From a virus: a DNA stretch of 64,000 nucleotides. The position numbers and the translations under genes are program-made. The stretch lies in IMG/VR virus record IMGVR_UViG_3300045988_179616, positions 32,001-96,000 of that record; one strand, written 5' to 3'. Positions 6,968 to 12,861 of this stretch are shown here, piece after piece. Within the stretch, counting starts at the first letter, position 1; the number at the start of each line of letters is the position of its first letter. The notes beneath the pieces are model-generated. The model did not search any database and was not told the origin of the DNA. It worked only from the letters and a program-made list of their open reading frames with translations.

Positions 6968-7125
6968 AAAATATCTCTTTCTGCCCCTTTTGGCCTTATA
7001 AAGATAAAAGAATTTACGGCCTAAAATTTGACAAGTGGCTTGATGTGCCGTAGCCGTTTTCTTTTGGAGCTCATTCCCAGCTTAGGAGCGTTTTATTTTT
7101 TAGTCTTCCTTGACTTTCTGTATAT

Positions 7126-7154
7126 ATTATAGCGTAGAATTGGGAAAATTTCAA
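7126..7154 (-). promoter_or_regulatory. promoter TTGAAA-17-TATAAT for 6599..6967
   Basis: The minus strand reads tttgaaattttcccaattctacgctataat. Confidence 0.55.
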
Positions 7155-7394
7155 ATTTTACGGTCGCTAAAAATGCGTTTTTTTTAAAAGTAAAACTTTC
7201 CCAGCTTTTTTACAGAAATTTGTAGCTTTCCAGCTTTCCAGCTTATTTATAAAATTTGACAAGGGATAGAATTTGACAGTGGCCGGCGCCGAGTAAATTT
7301 AGCACATATAGAAATTTGACTTTAGTGATTTAGTGTGCTAAAGTGGAAGTAGAAAAAAATTCACAAAAATTTCGTACATTTTGACTATTGAAAT

Positions 7395-7422
7395 TTGACA
7401 AAAGGTATTGTATAATTATAAT
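7395..7422 (+). promoter_or_regulatory. plus-strand promoter TTGACA-16-TATAAT, antisense to the early block
   Basis: The sequence is aaatttgacaaaaggtattgtataattataat. A hairpin plus TTTTA follows about 60 nt downstream. Confidence 0.4.
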
Positions 7423-7442
7423 GGGATAAAATTTGACACGCG

Positions 7443-7450
7443 GCCCGGGC
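7443..7450. repeat. GCCCGGGC element, copy 1
   Basis: Context is cgcggcccgggcaattctttactccgctaaag, next to the terminator at 7481-7500. Confidence 0.9.
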
Positions 7451-7470
7451 AATTCTTTACTCCGCTAAAG

Positions 7471-7505
7471 TGAAAAAGAAACGGTGCATTTCTGCACCGT
7501 TTTAT
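7471..7505. terminator. bidirectional terminator
   Basis: Hairpin acggtgca-tttc-tgcaccgt with flanking aaaaagaa and tttta. Confidence 0.65.
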
Positions 7506-7511
7506 ACAACT

Positions 7512-7736
7512 TTACCAATCATAAGATGGTCTAATAAGTCGTTGAGTATTTGACCCACATTCCCATTCTACAAGAGACAGGTCATTTTCACGCATAAAAT
7601 CTACAGCATTACCATATTCTAATTCATAAAATTCTGCGGTCAATCGTTCGATTGCATCTTTTTCCTCTTCATAGATTCCTTTTAACTGTTCGTTACGTCC
7701 TTAGTAATCAGAAATAATGCAATATACTTTTTTCAT
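7512..7736 (-). pseudogene. small early ORF interrupted by an in-frame TAA at codon 12
   Basis: The ATG (7736-7734) overlaps the upstream stop (ATGA). The reading MKKVYCIISDY-TAA(7703-7701) is followed by 62 further sense codons in the same frame, ending at TAA 7514-7512. Confidence 0.45.
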
Positions 7737-7906
7737 TTTTCAAAAGCCGTCCTTTCTTCATCTTCGCAAATATAATCGTCATCTGCGTCCCAAAAATAGC
7801 CAAAATCGTCGCACTCTTTTAGTGGATTCTCAATACCACACTCGCCTTTTTTGTAGTATGGACAATCCCATCCATTGGCAGGACAATAAATCTTTCCTTT
7901 TCTCAT
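7733..7906 (-). CDS. small Cys-rich protein (57 aa, not in the ORF track)
   Basis: An AGGAGG RBS is present. The product is MRKGKIYCPANGWDCPYYKKGECG... Confidence 0.5.
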   Translation of the reverse strand: MRKGKIYCPANGWDCPYYKKGECGIENPLKECDDFGYFWDADDDYICEDEERTAFEK

Positions 7907-7950
7907 ATAGCCTCCTTTTAGTTATGTCGTCTTCTCTTGTTTGTATATAT

Positions 7951-7979
7951 AGTATAACATACTCTTTCATATTTGTCAA
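7951..7979 (-). promoter_or_regulatory. early promoter TTGACA-17-TATACT
   Basis: The minus strand reads ttgacaaatatgaaagagtatgttatact. Confidence 0.6.
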
Positions 7980-8011
7980 TAAGTTTAGATTGTATTTATA
8001 CGAAACTTTTT

Positions 8012-8019
8012 GCCCGGGC
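8012..8019. repeat. GCCCGGGC element, copy 2
   Basis: Context is tatttatacgaaactttttgcccgggccacaagg. It lies 32 nt upstream of the -35 box of promoter 7951-7979. Confidence 0.9.
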
Positions 8020-8037
8020 CACAAGGGGCGACAAAAG

Positions 8038-8688
8038 TCAACCCCAAAGTGCGCCATCAATATTTGGCATTCTACGCAAACATTCCATGAAGATTTCCTT
8101 TTCAATTAAAACATCTTCCAAACCACAATGAACTTCTTCAAAGGAATTGTTGCCAGACAGATAACGATAGAGAATTTCTGCGGTATACCGTCTTTGACCT
8201 CTTTTGGTTAGATAATTGTTATTGTAACAAAATTCACCATAATTTTCATCTTGAGAAAAGACTTCCTTTGCCATTTTTAGACTATCCCAAAGAATAACAC
8301 CACGAGGGAAAAAATAGCGATACTTTGAAGAAGTTAAATATCGCTGAGAGAGGTTGCAACTTCTATTATCAAATCGCATATTATGAGCGCAAATAATTTT
8401 TATATTGTACTGTTTACAAACATCATGGAGAATGAAACGAATCGTTTTCAAACGGTGGAGCTTGCGCTTTCCAGCTTGGATATCTTCCCAATATTGAGGG
8501 ATTTTTTCTTTAAAATAAGCATAACTCATCAGCTCTTTATCAAGAAAAATATCCGCCACTATATAGGAATGAGTTTCTACAGCTTCGCCAGTTTCAGTAT
8601 CAATGACACCAAAGCCAATATCATAAACCAAGGGGTCATCAAGAGAATTAGTGGTTTCAGTGTCAAGAATCAAAACAAATTTATCCAT
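8038..8688 (-). CDS. DEDDh 3'-5' exonuclease (DnaQ/epsilon-like)
   Basis: Exo motifs are LILDTETT (I), CAHNMRFD (II) and HCGLEDV (III). It has its own promoter at 8720-8748. Confidence 0.8.
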   Translation of the reverse strand: MDKFVLILDTETTNSLDDPLVYDIGFGVIDTETGEAVETHSYIVADIFLDKELMSYAYFKEKIPQYWEDIQAGKRKLHRLKTIRFILHDVCKQYNIKIICAHNMRFDNRSCNLSQRYLTSSKYRYFFPRGVILWDSLKMAKEVFSQDENYGEFCYNNNYLTKRGQRRYTAEILYRYLSGNNSFEEVHCGLEDVLIEKEIFMECLRRMPNIDGALWG

Positions 8689-8719
8689 CAGAATCGGCTC
8701 CTCTCTTTACTGTATACAT

Positions 8720-8748
8720 AGTATAACAGATAAAAAGTGAAATGTCAA
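8720..8748 (-). promoter_or_regulatory. early promoter TTGACA-17-TATACT
   Basis: The minus strand reads ttgacatttcactttttatctgttatact. Confidence 0.6.
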
Positions 8749-8794
8749 TAGTTTTCTTGAAAAAGTCATAAACTTATCCGTGCGTGTCATCGGC

Positions 8795-8802
8795 GCCCGG
8801 GC
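8795..8802. repeat. GCCCGGGC element, copy 3
   Basis: Context is gtgtcatcggcgcccgggcacacttcactacgctaaagcgctaaag. Confidence 0.9.
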
Positions 8803-8838
8803 ACACTTCACTACGCTAAAGCGCTAAAGTTTTTTGCG

Positions 8839-8866
8839 AAAAAAAAGGTGACGATTTCTCGTCACC
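8839..8866 (-). terminator. rho-independent terminator
   Basis: Hairpin ggtgacga-tttc-tcgtcacc with a T8 run on the minus strand. Confidence 0.75.
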
Positions 8867-8873
8867 CTTTCGA

Positions 8874-9230
8874 TCACTTGTTATTTACAGTTTCTCGTTC
8901 GGCTTTCTTCGCCTTTGCCTTTTCTCGTGCAAGGCGGTCCTTTTCCATCTTCTTCCGCTTCTTCTCCTCTCGTTCTGCTTTGGCCTTAGCCTTAACTTCA
9001 CTTTCAAGGCGATAGTTTTCGGCTTCCTCGTAGCCATCAAAAAGGTCGCCGTCCCTCGTCCCCTTGGGGACGCTAAAAGTAAGGTTCAAATAGCCCTCAT
9101 CATCATCCAGCGCCCACGGAATCGAATACGTTCCACTCTTAATCTGAAGAACGGTTTCTCCCTCACTTTCGAGAAAATTCTTGACTTTCTGCATGAAATC
9201 AATCTTCACGACTTCGCTTTTCTTTGCCAT
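8874..9230 (-). CDS. hypothetical protein with an acidic core and a Lys-rich C-terminal tail
   Basis: 118-aa ORF with a promoter at 9262-9290 and a terminator at 8839-8866. Confidence 0.55.
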   Translation of the reverse strand: MAKKSEVVKIDFMQKVKNFLESEGETVLQIKSGTYSIPWALDDDEGYLNLTFSVPKGTRDGDLFDGYEEAENYRLESEVKAKAKAEREEKKRKKMEKDRLAREKAKAKKAERETVNNK

Positions 9231-9261
9231 TCAAAGCACTTCCTTTCTTTACTGTATACAC

Positions 9262-9290
9262 AGTATACCACACAATTTTAATTTTGTCAA
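9262..9290 (-). promoter_or_regulatory. early promoter TTGACA-17-TGGTATACT
   Basis: The minus strand reads ttgacaaaattaaaattgtgtggtatact. Confidence 0.6.
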
Positions 9291-9316
9291 TACCTCTTTT
9301 CTGATTTTCTAAAATT

Positions 9317-9345
9317 ATTATAACAAAAATTTTTTTGAATTTCAA
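9317..9345 (-). promoter_or_regulatory. tandem upstream promoter TTGAAA-17-TATAAT
   Basis: The minus strand reads tttgaaattcaaaaaaatttttgttataat. Confidence 0.5.
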
Positions 9346-9381
9346 ATTTTCTTTAGTACTTTAGTGTGATAAAGCGCCGGC

Positions 9382-9389
9382 GCCCGGGC
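9382..9389. repeat. GCCCGGGC element, copy 4
   Basis: Context is actttagtgtgataaagcgccggcgcccgggcaagtttcgtaaaaag. Confidence 0.9.
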
Positions 9390-9398
9390 AAGTTTCGT

Positions 9399-9425
9399 AA
9401 AAAGAAACGGCGCGAAGTGCGCCGT
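9399..9425 (-). terminator. rho-independent terminator
   Basis: Hairpin acggcgc-gaagt-gcgccgt with tttcttttt on the minus strand. Confidence 0.7.
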
Positions 9426-9832
9426 CAGTTATTATAGAAAGTTTCTTCTATTTTACAATCAATCATTGGAGAAAGTCCTTCTTTCTCCAAATCTGATGTT
9501 GAAATATACAAACCTGTTGAAAGATTTACCACACCACTAACTCCGTTTCTATTGCAAACTTTCATGTAGTCATAGACTGAATTGGGGAAATGAAAAATTG
9601 TACCCTCTTTTATAAAACCAATGTGAATTTTCATTTTATTCAATCCCCCCCATTCTTTAAAAAGTCTCAAATCACCATTTTGTTCAATTTCAAAAAGCTC
9701 ATATTCCTTCCCCCAGAAAAGGTTTTTTGCATTTTCAACAGAAGTAATGCAAATAGGGATATAATCGGGACCTTCGGAATTTTTATACGATGGAAAATAC
9801 TTTATGACAAGAATAGATTTTGGGAAGTTCAT
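9425..9832 (-). CDS. hypothetical protein (135 aa)
   Basis: The ORF has an AGGAG RBS, a promoter at 9861-9889 and a terminator overlapping its stop codon. Confidence 0.55.
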   Translation of the reverse strand: MNFPKSILVIKYFPSYKNSEGPDYIPICITSVENAKNLFWGKEYELFEIEQNGDLRLFKEWGGLNKMKIHIGFIKEGTIFHFPNSVYDYMKVCNRNGVSGVVNLSTGLYISTSDLEKEGLSPMIDCKIEETFYNN

Positions 9833-9860
9833 TTTATTTCTCCTTTCTTTTTGTAATTAT

Positions 9861-9889
9861 AGTATAGCAAAAATTTTCTAATTTGTCAA
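9861..9889 (-). promoter_or_regulatory. early promoter TTGACA-17-TATACT
   Basis: The minus strand reads ttgacaaattagaaaatttttgctatact. Confidence 0.6.
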
Positions 9890-9920
9890 CCCCTAAAACC
9901 AATATTTATACGAAACTTCT

Positions 9921-9928
9921 GCCCGGGC
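9921..9928. repeat. GCCCGGGC element, copy 5
   Basis: Context is tatttatacgaaacttctgcccgggcactttcgcgag. It lies 31 nt upstream of the -35 box of promoter 9861-9889. Confidence 0.9.
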
Positions 9929-9962
9929 ACTTTCGCGAGATAGTGTACTAAAGTTTTTCTTT

Positions 9963-9990
9963 AAAAAAGAGTGGCGATTTCTCGCCACTC
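9963..9990 (-). terminator. rho-independent terminator
   Basis: Hairpin gagtggcga-tttc-tcgccactc with a T6 run on the minus strand. Confidence 0.75.
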
Positions 9991-9996
9991 CTATAC

Positions 9997-10344
9997 TCAC
10001 TTACGAACAATGGTATACTGCTTCTGCTTGCCCTTCTTGGGAACCTTCACTTCCTCAACCGTCAGCTTGCCAGCATCCACAAGCTGACGACACAGAGAGC
10101 TAATCTTCTGCGTAGACAGGTTTGCGTCTACCTCATGAATCTCGCTTGCCGTCATAGGCTTGACGGCCAGAACCTCCAGCAGATGGGCCTTAATGGGTTC
10201 GTTCTCAAGCTGGGTCTTGCTGGGCTTAGAGCTGCGCTGGGCGTTCCGCTTATCCAGCTTCTCCAGCTCGGCGGCGGCGTGAGTGGTCAGCTCATCGCTC
10301 ACATTAGCGTTGATGATAGCTTTGAAGAACTCACGATTAGTCAT
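9997..10344 (-). CDS. early wHTH-like protein, paralogue B
   Basis: 115 aa, a paralogue of 6599..6967. It shares the same G/C-ending codon style and has tandem promoters upstream. Confidence 0.6.
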   Translation of the reverse strand: MTNREFFKAIINANVSDELTTHAAAELEKLDKRNAQRSSKPSKTQLENEPIKAHLLEVLAVKPMTASEIHEVDANLSTQKISSLCRQLVDAGKLTVEEVKVPKKGKQKQYTIVRK

Positions 10345-10427
10345 AATAGACTCCTTTCATACGGCGGATAGGTCGCCACCCATTTTTTTATATTCAAAAG
10401 AGGTGTTCCTCTCTTGATTACATATTT

Positions 10428-10456
10428 ATTATACCATAGATTTTAGAGATTGTCAA
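10428..10456 (-). promoter_or_regulatory. early promoter TTGACA-17-TGGTATAAT
   Basis: The minus strand reads ttgacaatctctaaaatctatggtataat. A duplicated weaker copy (TTGATA-16-TATAAT) lies at 10557-10584. Confidence 0.6.
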
Positions 10457-10644
10457 GAGGGAATTTCAAATTTTTTTGAAAACTTGTTAGTTACCGAGTT
10501 GTCGAACAAATCAGGAAACCCTTTCGGGAATTTCCTGTTCCCTCTTGACATTATTTATTATAACAGATTTTAGAAGATTATCAAGTGTCAAAATGCACAA
10601 AGTTTTGCCTTGCTCCTGTTTTGTTTTTATGCAAATCGCCGACG

Positions 10645-10652
10645 GCCCGGGC
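10645..10652. repeat. GCCCGGGC element, copy 6
   Basis: Context is cgccgacggcccgggcacgttgtttcc, abutting the hairpin at 10656-10676. Confidence 0.9.
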
Positions 10653-10655
10653 ACG

Positions 10656-10676
10656 TTGTTTCCTTAGAGGAAACAA
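10656..10676 (-). terminator. hairpin abutting a GCCCGGGC element (no T-run)
   Basis: Hairpin ttgtttcc-ttaga-ggaaacaa. Confidence 0.35.
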
Positions 10677-10684
10677 TACCCAAG

Positions 10685-10843
10685 TCAAGGAGTTCCCCAA
10701 CAATCCATCGCATAAATGTGACTATTTTCATGTTGATTCGCTAATTCTTTTGCTTCCTCATAAGAAAGACAAGGAACGCCAACGAAAGTCCCATCTTCAC
10801 TTACTACCGCCCAAATAGCGTCATCCCAGTCAAAATCTCGCAT
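10685..10843 (-). CDS. small hypothetical protein (52 aa, not in the ORF track)
   Basis: A GAGAGGAG RBS is present. The product is MRDFDWDDAIWAVVSEDGTF... The overlapping + strand ORF 10585..10818 is judged spurious. Confidence 0.45.
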   Translation of the reverse strand: MRDFDWDDAIWAVVSEDGTFVGVPCLSYEEAKELANQHENSHIYAMDCWGTP

Positions 10844-10860
10844 AAAAATTCTCCTCTCTT

Positions 10861-11301
10861 TTATCCCGCTAAAACTTTCAGAACACTTGCCATCGCATCA
10901 GGATGAAAACCACCCATTCCCCAATCAACCAAGTTTCCCGCTTCGTCATCAAATAGAATATCATCAGAAGAAGAACGAAAACTCGTTTTCTTTGTACCAT
11001 ATTTTACAATATGAATTTCATCAAAGGAAACACTTCTCAAATGCTGACGCAACCAGCGCAATTTTTCAGCCTTTACAGCTTCAAGAAATTCGGGGTTTCT
11101 GTCTTTGCTTCCCCATGAAATCACCCCAATCTTTACACCCTTTCGCTGAATTTTGTTCAGCTTGCGCGCCAGCGTATTCATATTACAAAGAGGGCGAGCT
11201 TCTGCATAAATTTTTGCGTCATAAGCTCGCAAGCGAGGCAACCAGTCTTTTGCGCCATATAAGTCGGCAATCGTGCCATCCATATCAAAATAAATAGTCA
11301 T
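10861..11301 (-). CDS. HAD-superfamily phosphatase, 5'(3')-deoxyribonucleotidase-like
   Basis: It has the N-terminal FDMDGTIAD motif, and its size and layout resemble NT5C-type nucleotidases. Confidence 0.6.
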   Translation of the reverse strand: MTIYFDMDGTIADLYGAKDWLPRLRAYDAKIYAEARPLCNMNTLARKLNKIQRKGVKIGVISWGSKDRNPEFLEAVKAEKLRWLRQHLRSVSFDEIHIVKYGTKKTSFRSSSDDILFDDEAGNLVDWGMGGFHPDAMASVLKVLAG

Positions 11302-11332
11302 AATTCTTTCTCCTTTCCTTTACTGTAACTAA

Positions 11333-11361
11333 ATTATAACAGAAACTTTTCTATTTGTCAA
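11333..11361 (-). promoter_or_regulatory. early promoter TTGACA-17-TATAAT
   Basis: The minus strand reads ttgacaaatagaaaagtttctgttataat. Confidence 0.6.
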
Positions 11362-11409
11362 GTATTACTTTTCTTTTTTATTCAACTGCGCCGTGTGTGT
11401 CATTTTTTG

Positions 11410-11417
11410 GCCCGGGC
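11410..11417. repeat. GCCCGGGC element, copy 7
   Basis: Context is gtgtgtcattttttggcccgggcaattctttaacaagataaag. Confidence 0.9.
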
Positions 11418-11611
11418 AATTCTTTAACAAGATAAAGAAAAGATGGGATTCCTCCCACCTTTATTCTTCAGAAATTTTGTTTAATTCTTTTCTCACATTT
11501 TACTTTTTTTATTTGACTTCACCATTTTTTGTGTAAAAAGCAACAGGGGCAAGTTCATAGGCACGAGGATTAGCCCAACCATTTTCTTTTTGGAAAAATA
11601 GTGCCGAAGTG

Positions 11612-11812
11612 CTATCTTTCAAAAAGGTCCTGGATACCTTGAGAAAGAAAACACTCTTTCCAAGAAAAATATTCTCTATTTTCATCAAGGTATCTTTTTA
11701 TTCTTTGATAGCAAGCAGAATATTCGTCTGCCGAATAATCAGAACAGAGATTCAAAAGTAATTCTTCTTCGGTGACAACTTTACAAACAGCTTCATTATA
11801 AAAAAATCTCAT
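11612..11812 (-). CDS. hypothetical protein (66 aa)
   Basis: The ORF lies directly downstream of the 11828..12004 ORF. Confidence 0.5.
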   Translation of the reverse strand: MRFFYNEAVCKVVTEEELLLNLCSDYSADEYSACYQRIKRYLDENREYFSWKECFLSQGIQDLFER

Positions 11813-11827
11813 AAAAATTCCCCTTTC

Positions 11828-12004
11828 TTACCAATTCATAACAAAAATCCAGCCGATGAAAAATACAGCTCCAAGGGCATATATACCAGCTTTCGCCGCA
11901 TAATGCCAATTGTGGCTTTTTGCAAATGAATACATATTCATAAAGGACATACCAGCATACGTCAATCCAGCAAGCAGGACACCCAGTACAGCAACAACAA
12001 CCAT
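11828..12004 (-). CDS. small two-TM membrane protein (58 aa, not in the ORF track)
   Basis: The product is MVVVAVLGVLLAGLTYAG...GIYALGAVFFIGWIFVMNW, and a promoter lies at 12039-12066. Confidence 0.45.
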   Translation of the reverse strand: MVVVAVLGVLLAGLTYAGMSFMNMYSFAKSHNWHYAAKAGIYALGAVFFIGWIFVMNW

Positions 12005-12038
12005 TTCAGAAACCTCATTTCTTTTTTACTGTAATTAA

Positions 12039-12066
12039 ATTATACTATATTTTTCTAAAAAGTCAA
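12039..12066 (-). promoter_or_regulatory. early promoter TTGACT-16-TATAAT
   Basis: The minus strand reads ttgactttttagaaaaatatagtataat. Confidence 0.5.
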
Positions 12067-12123
12067 GTCCTTTTTTGAATTTTTCTGAAAAAATTTTCCT
12101 TTATTACTTTAGTGTGATGAAGT

Positions 12124-12131
12124 GCCCGGGC
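12124..12131. repeat. GCCCGGGC element, copy 8
   Basis: Context is actttagtgtgatgaagtgcccgggcaagttctttagcgagataaag. Confidence 0.9.
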
Positions 12132-12151
12132 AAGTTCTTTAGCGAGATAAA

Positions 12152-12180
12152 GAAAAAAAGAACGGGTAAATTTTACCCAT
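12152..12180 (-). terminator. rho-independent terminator
   Basis: Palindrome gggtaaaattttaccc with a T-run on the minus strand. Confidence 0.55.
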
Positions 12181-12184
12181 TCTT

Positions 12185-12322
12185 TTATTTCATAATCTTT
12201 CGATAGGCTTTCACACTCTTTTCATAGTTTCCTTTTTCTACTGTTCTGAAGAAGGAAATGGTTTCCTTTGTTTCGAAACCATATCTATAAATAACTTCAT
12301 CGCACATCCTTTCAATACTCAT
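12185..12322 (-). CDS. small hypothetical protein (45 aa, not in the ORF track)
   Basis: It has an ATG with a GGAGC-type RBS and reads MSIERMCDEVIYRYGFETKE... A terminator lies just downstream. Confidence 0.35.
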   Translation of the reverse strand: MSIERMCDEVIYRYGFETKETISFFRTVEKGNYEKSVKAYRKIMK

Positions 12323-12340
12323 GGTGTTTAGCTCCTTTTC

Positions 12341-12547
12341 TTAATCATACAGGCTGAAATCTTCATCATAGGCTTCGCCGGCATAGAAGTAGTCAATGCC
12401 GTTTAGTTCAAGGCCGTTATACTTGTGTTCTCCATTCTGAAGTCGTTCATTCATTTCCTTTACGGTAGCTTTGACGTTCATGGGGTGGCAGATAGCATAG
12501 AGCCAATTATGACCATTCTTGTGGTACATACAAGGAATAACCTTCAT
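12341..12547 (-). CDS. hypothetical protein (68 aa)
   Basis: ORF with an AGAGG RBS. Confidence 0.5.
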   Translation of the reverse strand: MKVIPCMYHKNGHNWLYAICHPMNVKATVKEMNERLQNGEHKYNGLELNGIDYFYAGEAYDEDFSLYD

Positions 12548-12602
12548 TTTAGTAACCTCTTTTTTTTATTTGCCCGTCATGCCGATAGCACAGCCGATTG
12601 AT

Positions 12603-12818
12603 TTACAGGTTAATGCCTGCCAGCAGGAGGAACATAGGGCGGACTTCCCTATTCCACCAGTCGAAGAGCTCCCAGTCCCGGCCATTTTCCAGGGTGTAAA
12701 ACTCATAGGCCCCATCCGCCCGAATATAGGCATTCCGTGCGATTTCCTTTGCGTGAGCGCAACCAACGCAATCCAGCGCGGCCTACAACTGCTTGCTGAT
12801 ATAGGTCTTGATATCCAT
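12603..12818 (-). pseudogene. small early ORF interrupted by an in-frame TAG at codon 12
   Basis: The reading MDIKTYISKQL-TAG(12785-12783) is followed by 59 protein-like sense codons (AALDCVGCAHAKEIARNAYIRADGAYEFYTLENGRDWELFDWWNREV...) ending at TAA 12605-12603. Confidence 0.4.
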
Positions 12819-12861
12819 ATTTTTTTCCCTTCTCCCCGTATCGCCGTTAGGTCAGCGTTTT

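Larger units (their letters stand above)
7024..7443 (+). repeat. array of seven A(A/T)TTTGAC(A/T) boxes, all in plus orientation
   Basis: The boxes lie at about 7025, 7254, 7272, 7314, 7378, 7392 and 7430. Two inverted copies lie at 6490 and 6535. Four TT(C)CCAGCT boxes also lie at 7074, 7198, 7227 and 7235. Confidence 0.8.
7429..7505 (+). ncRNA. candidate small RNA of about 75 nt (promoter 7395-7422 to terminator 7481-7505)
   Basis: A near-consensus promoter and an intrinsic terminator bracket a short non-coding segment that contains a GCCCGGGC element. It is antisense to the early block. Confidence 0.2.

Noticed and set aside
6602-7024. 140-aa plus-strand ORF opposite the wHTH paralogue. 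Analogous ORFs are 10135..10371 (+), 10887..11297 (+), 12519..12932 (+), 12808..13098 (+) and 12566..12766 (-).
   Set aside because: These are shadow frames of locally GC-richer genes on the other strand or frame. They have low-complexity products and no RBS, and they conflict with better-supported genes.
7717-8109. Tracked ORFs 7717..8109 (+) and 7830..8105 (-).
   Set aside because: They span a promoter, an RBS and a GCCCGGGC element, and they overlap the exonuclease gene and the 57-aa Cys-rich ORF. Their products look non-protein-like.
7443-12131. GCCCGGGC copies as attP-like or integrase sites, or as simple SmaI/XmaI restriction-site relics.
   Set aside because: No integrase or recombinase is visible in the window. 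Eight copies at cassette boundaries do not fit a single attachment site, and restriction sites are normally avoided rather than accumulated.
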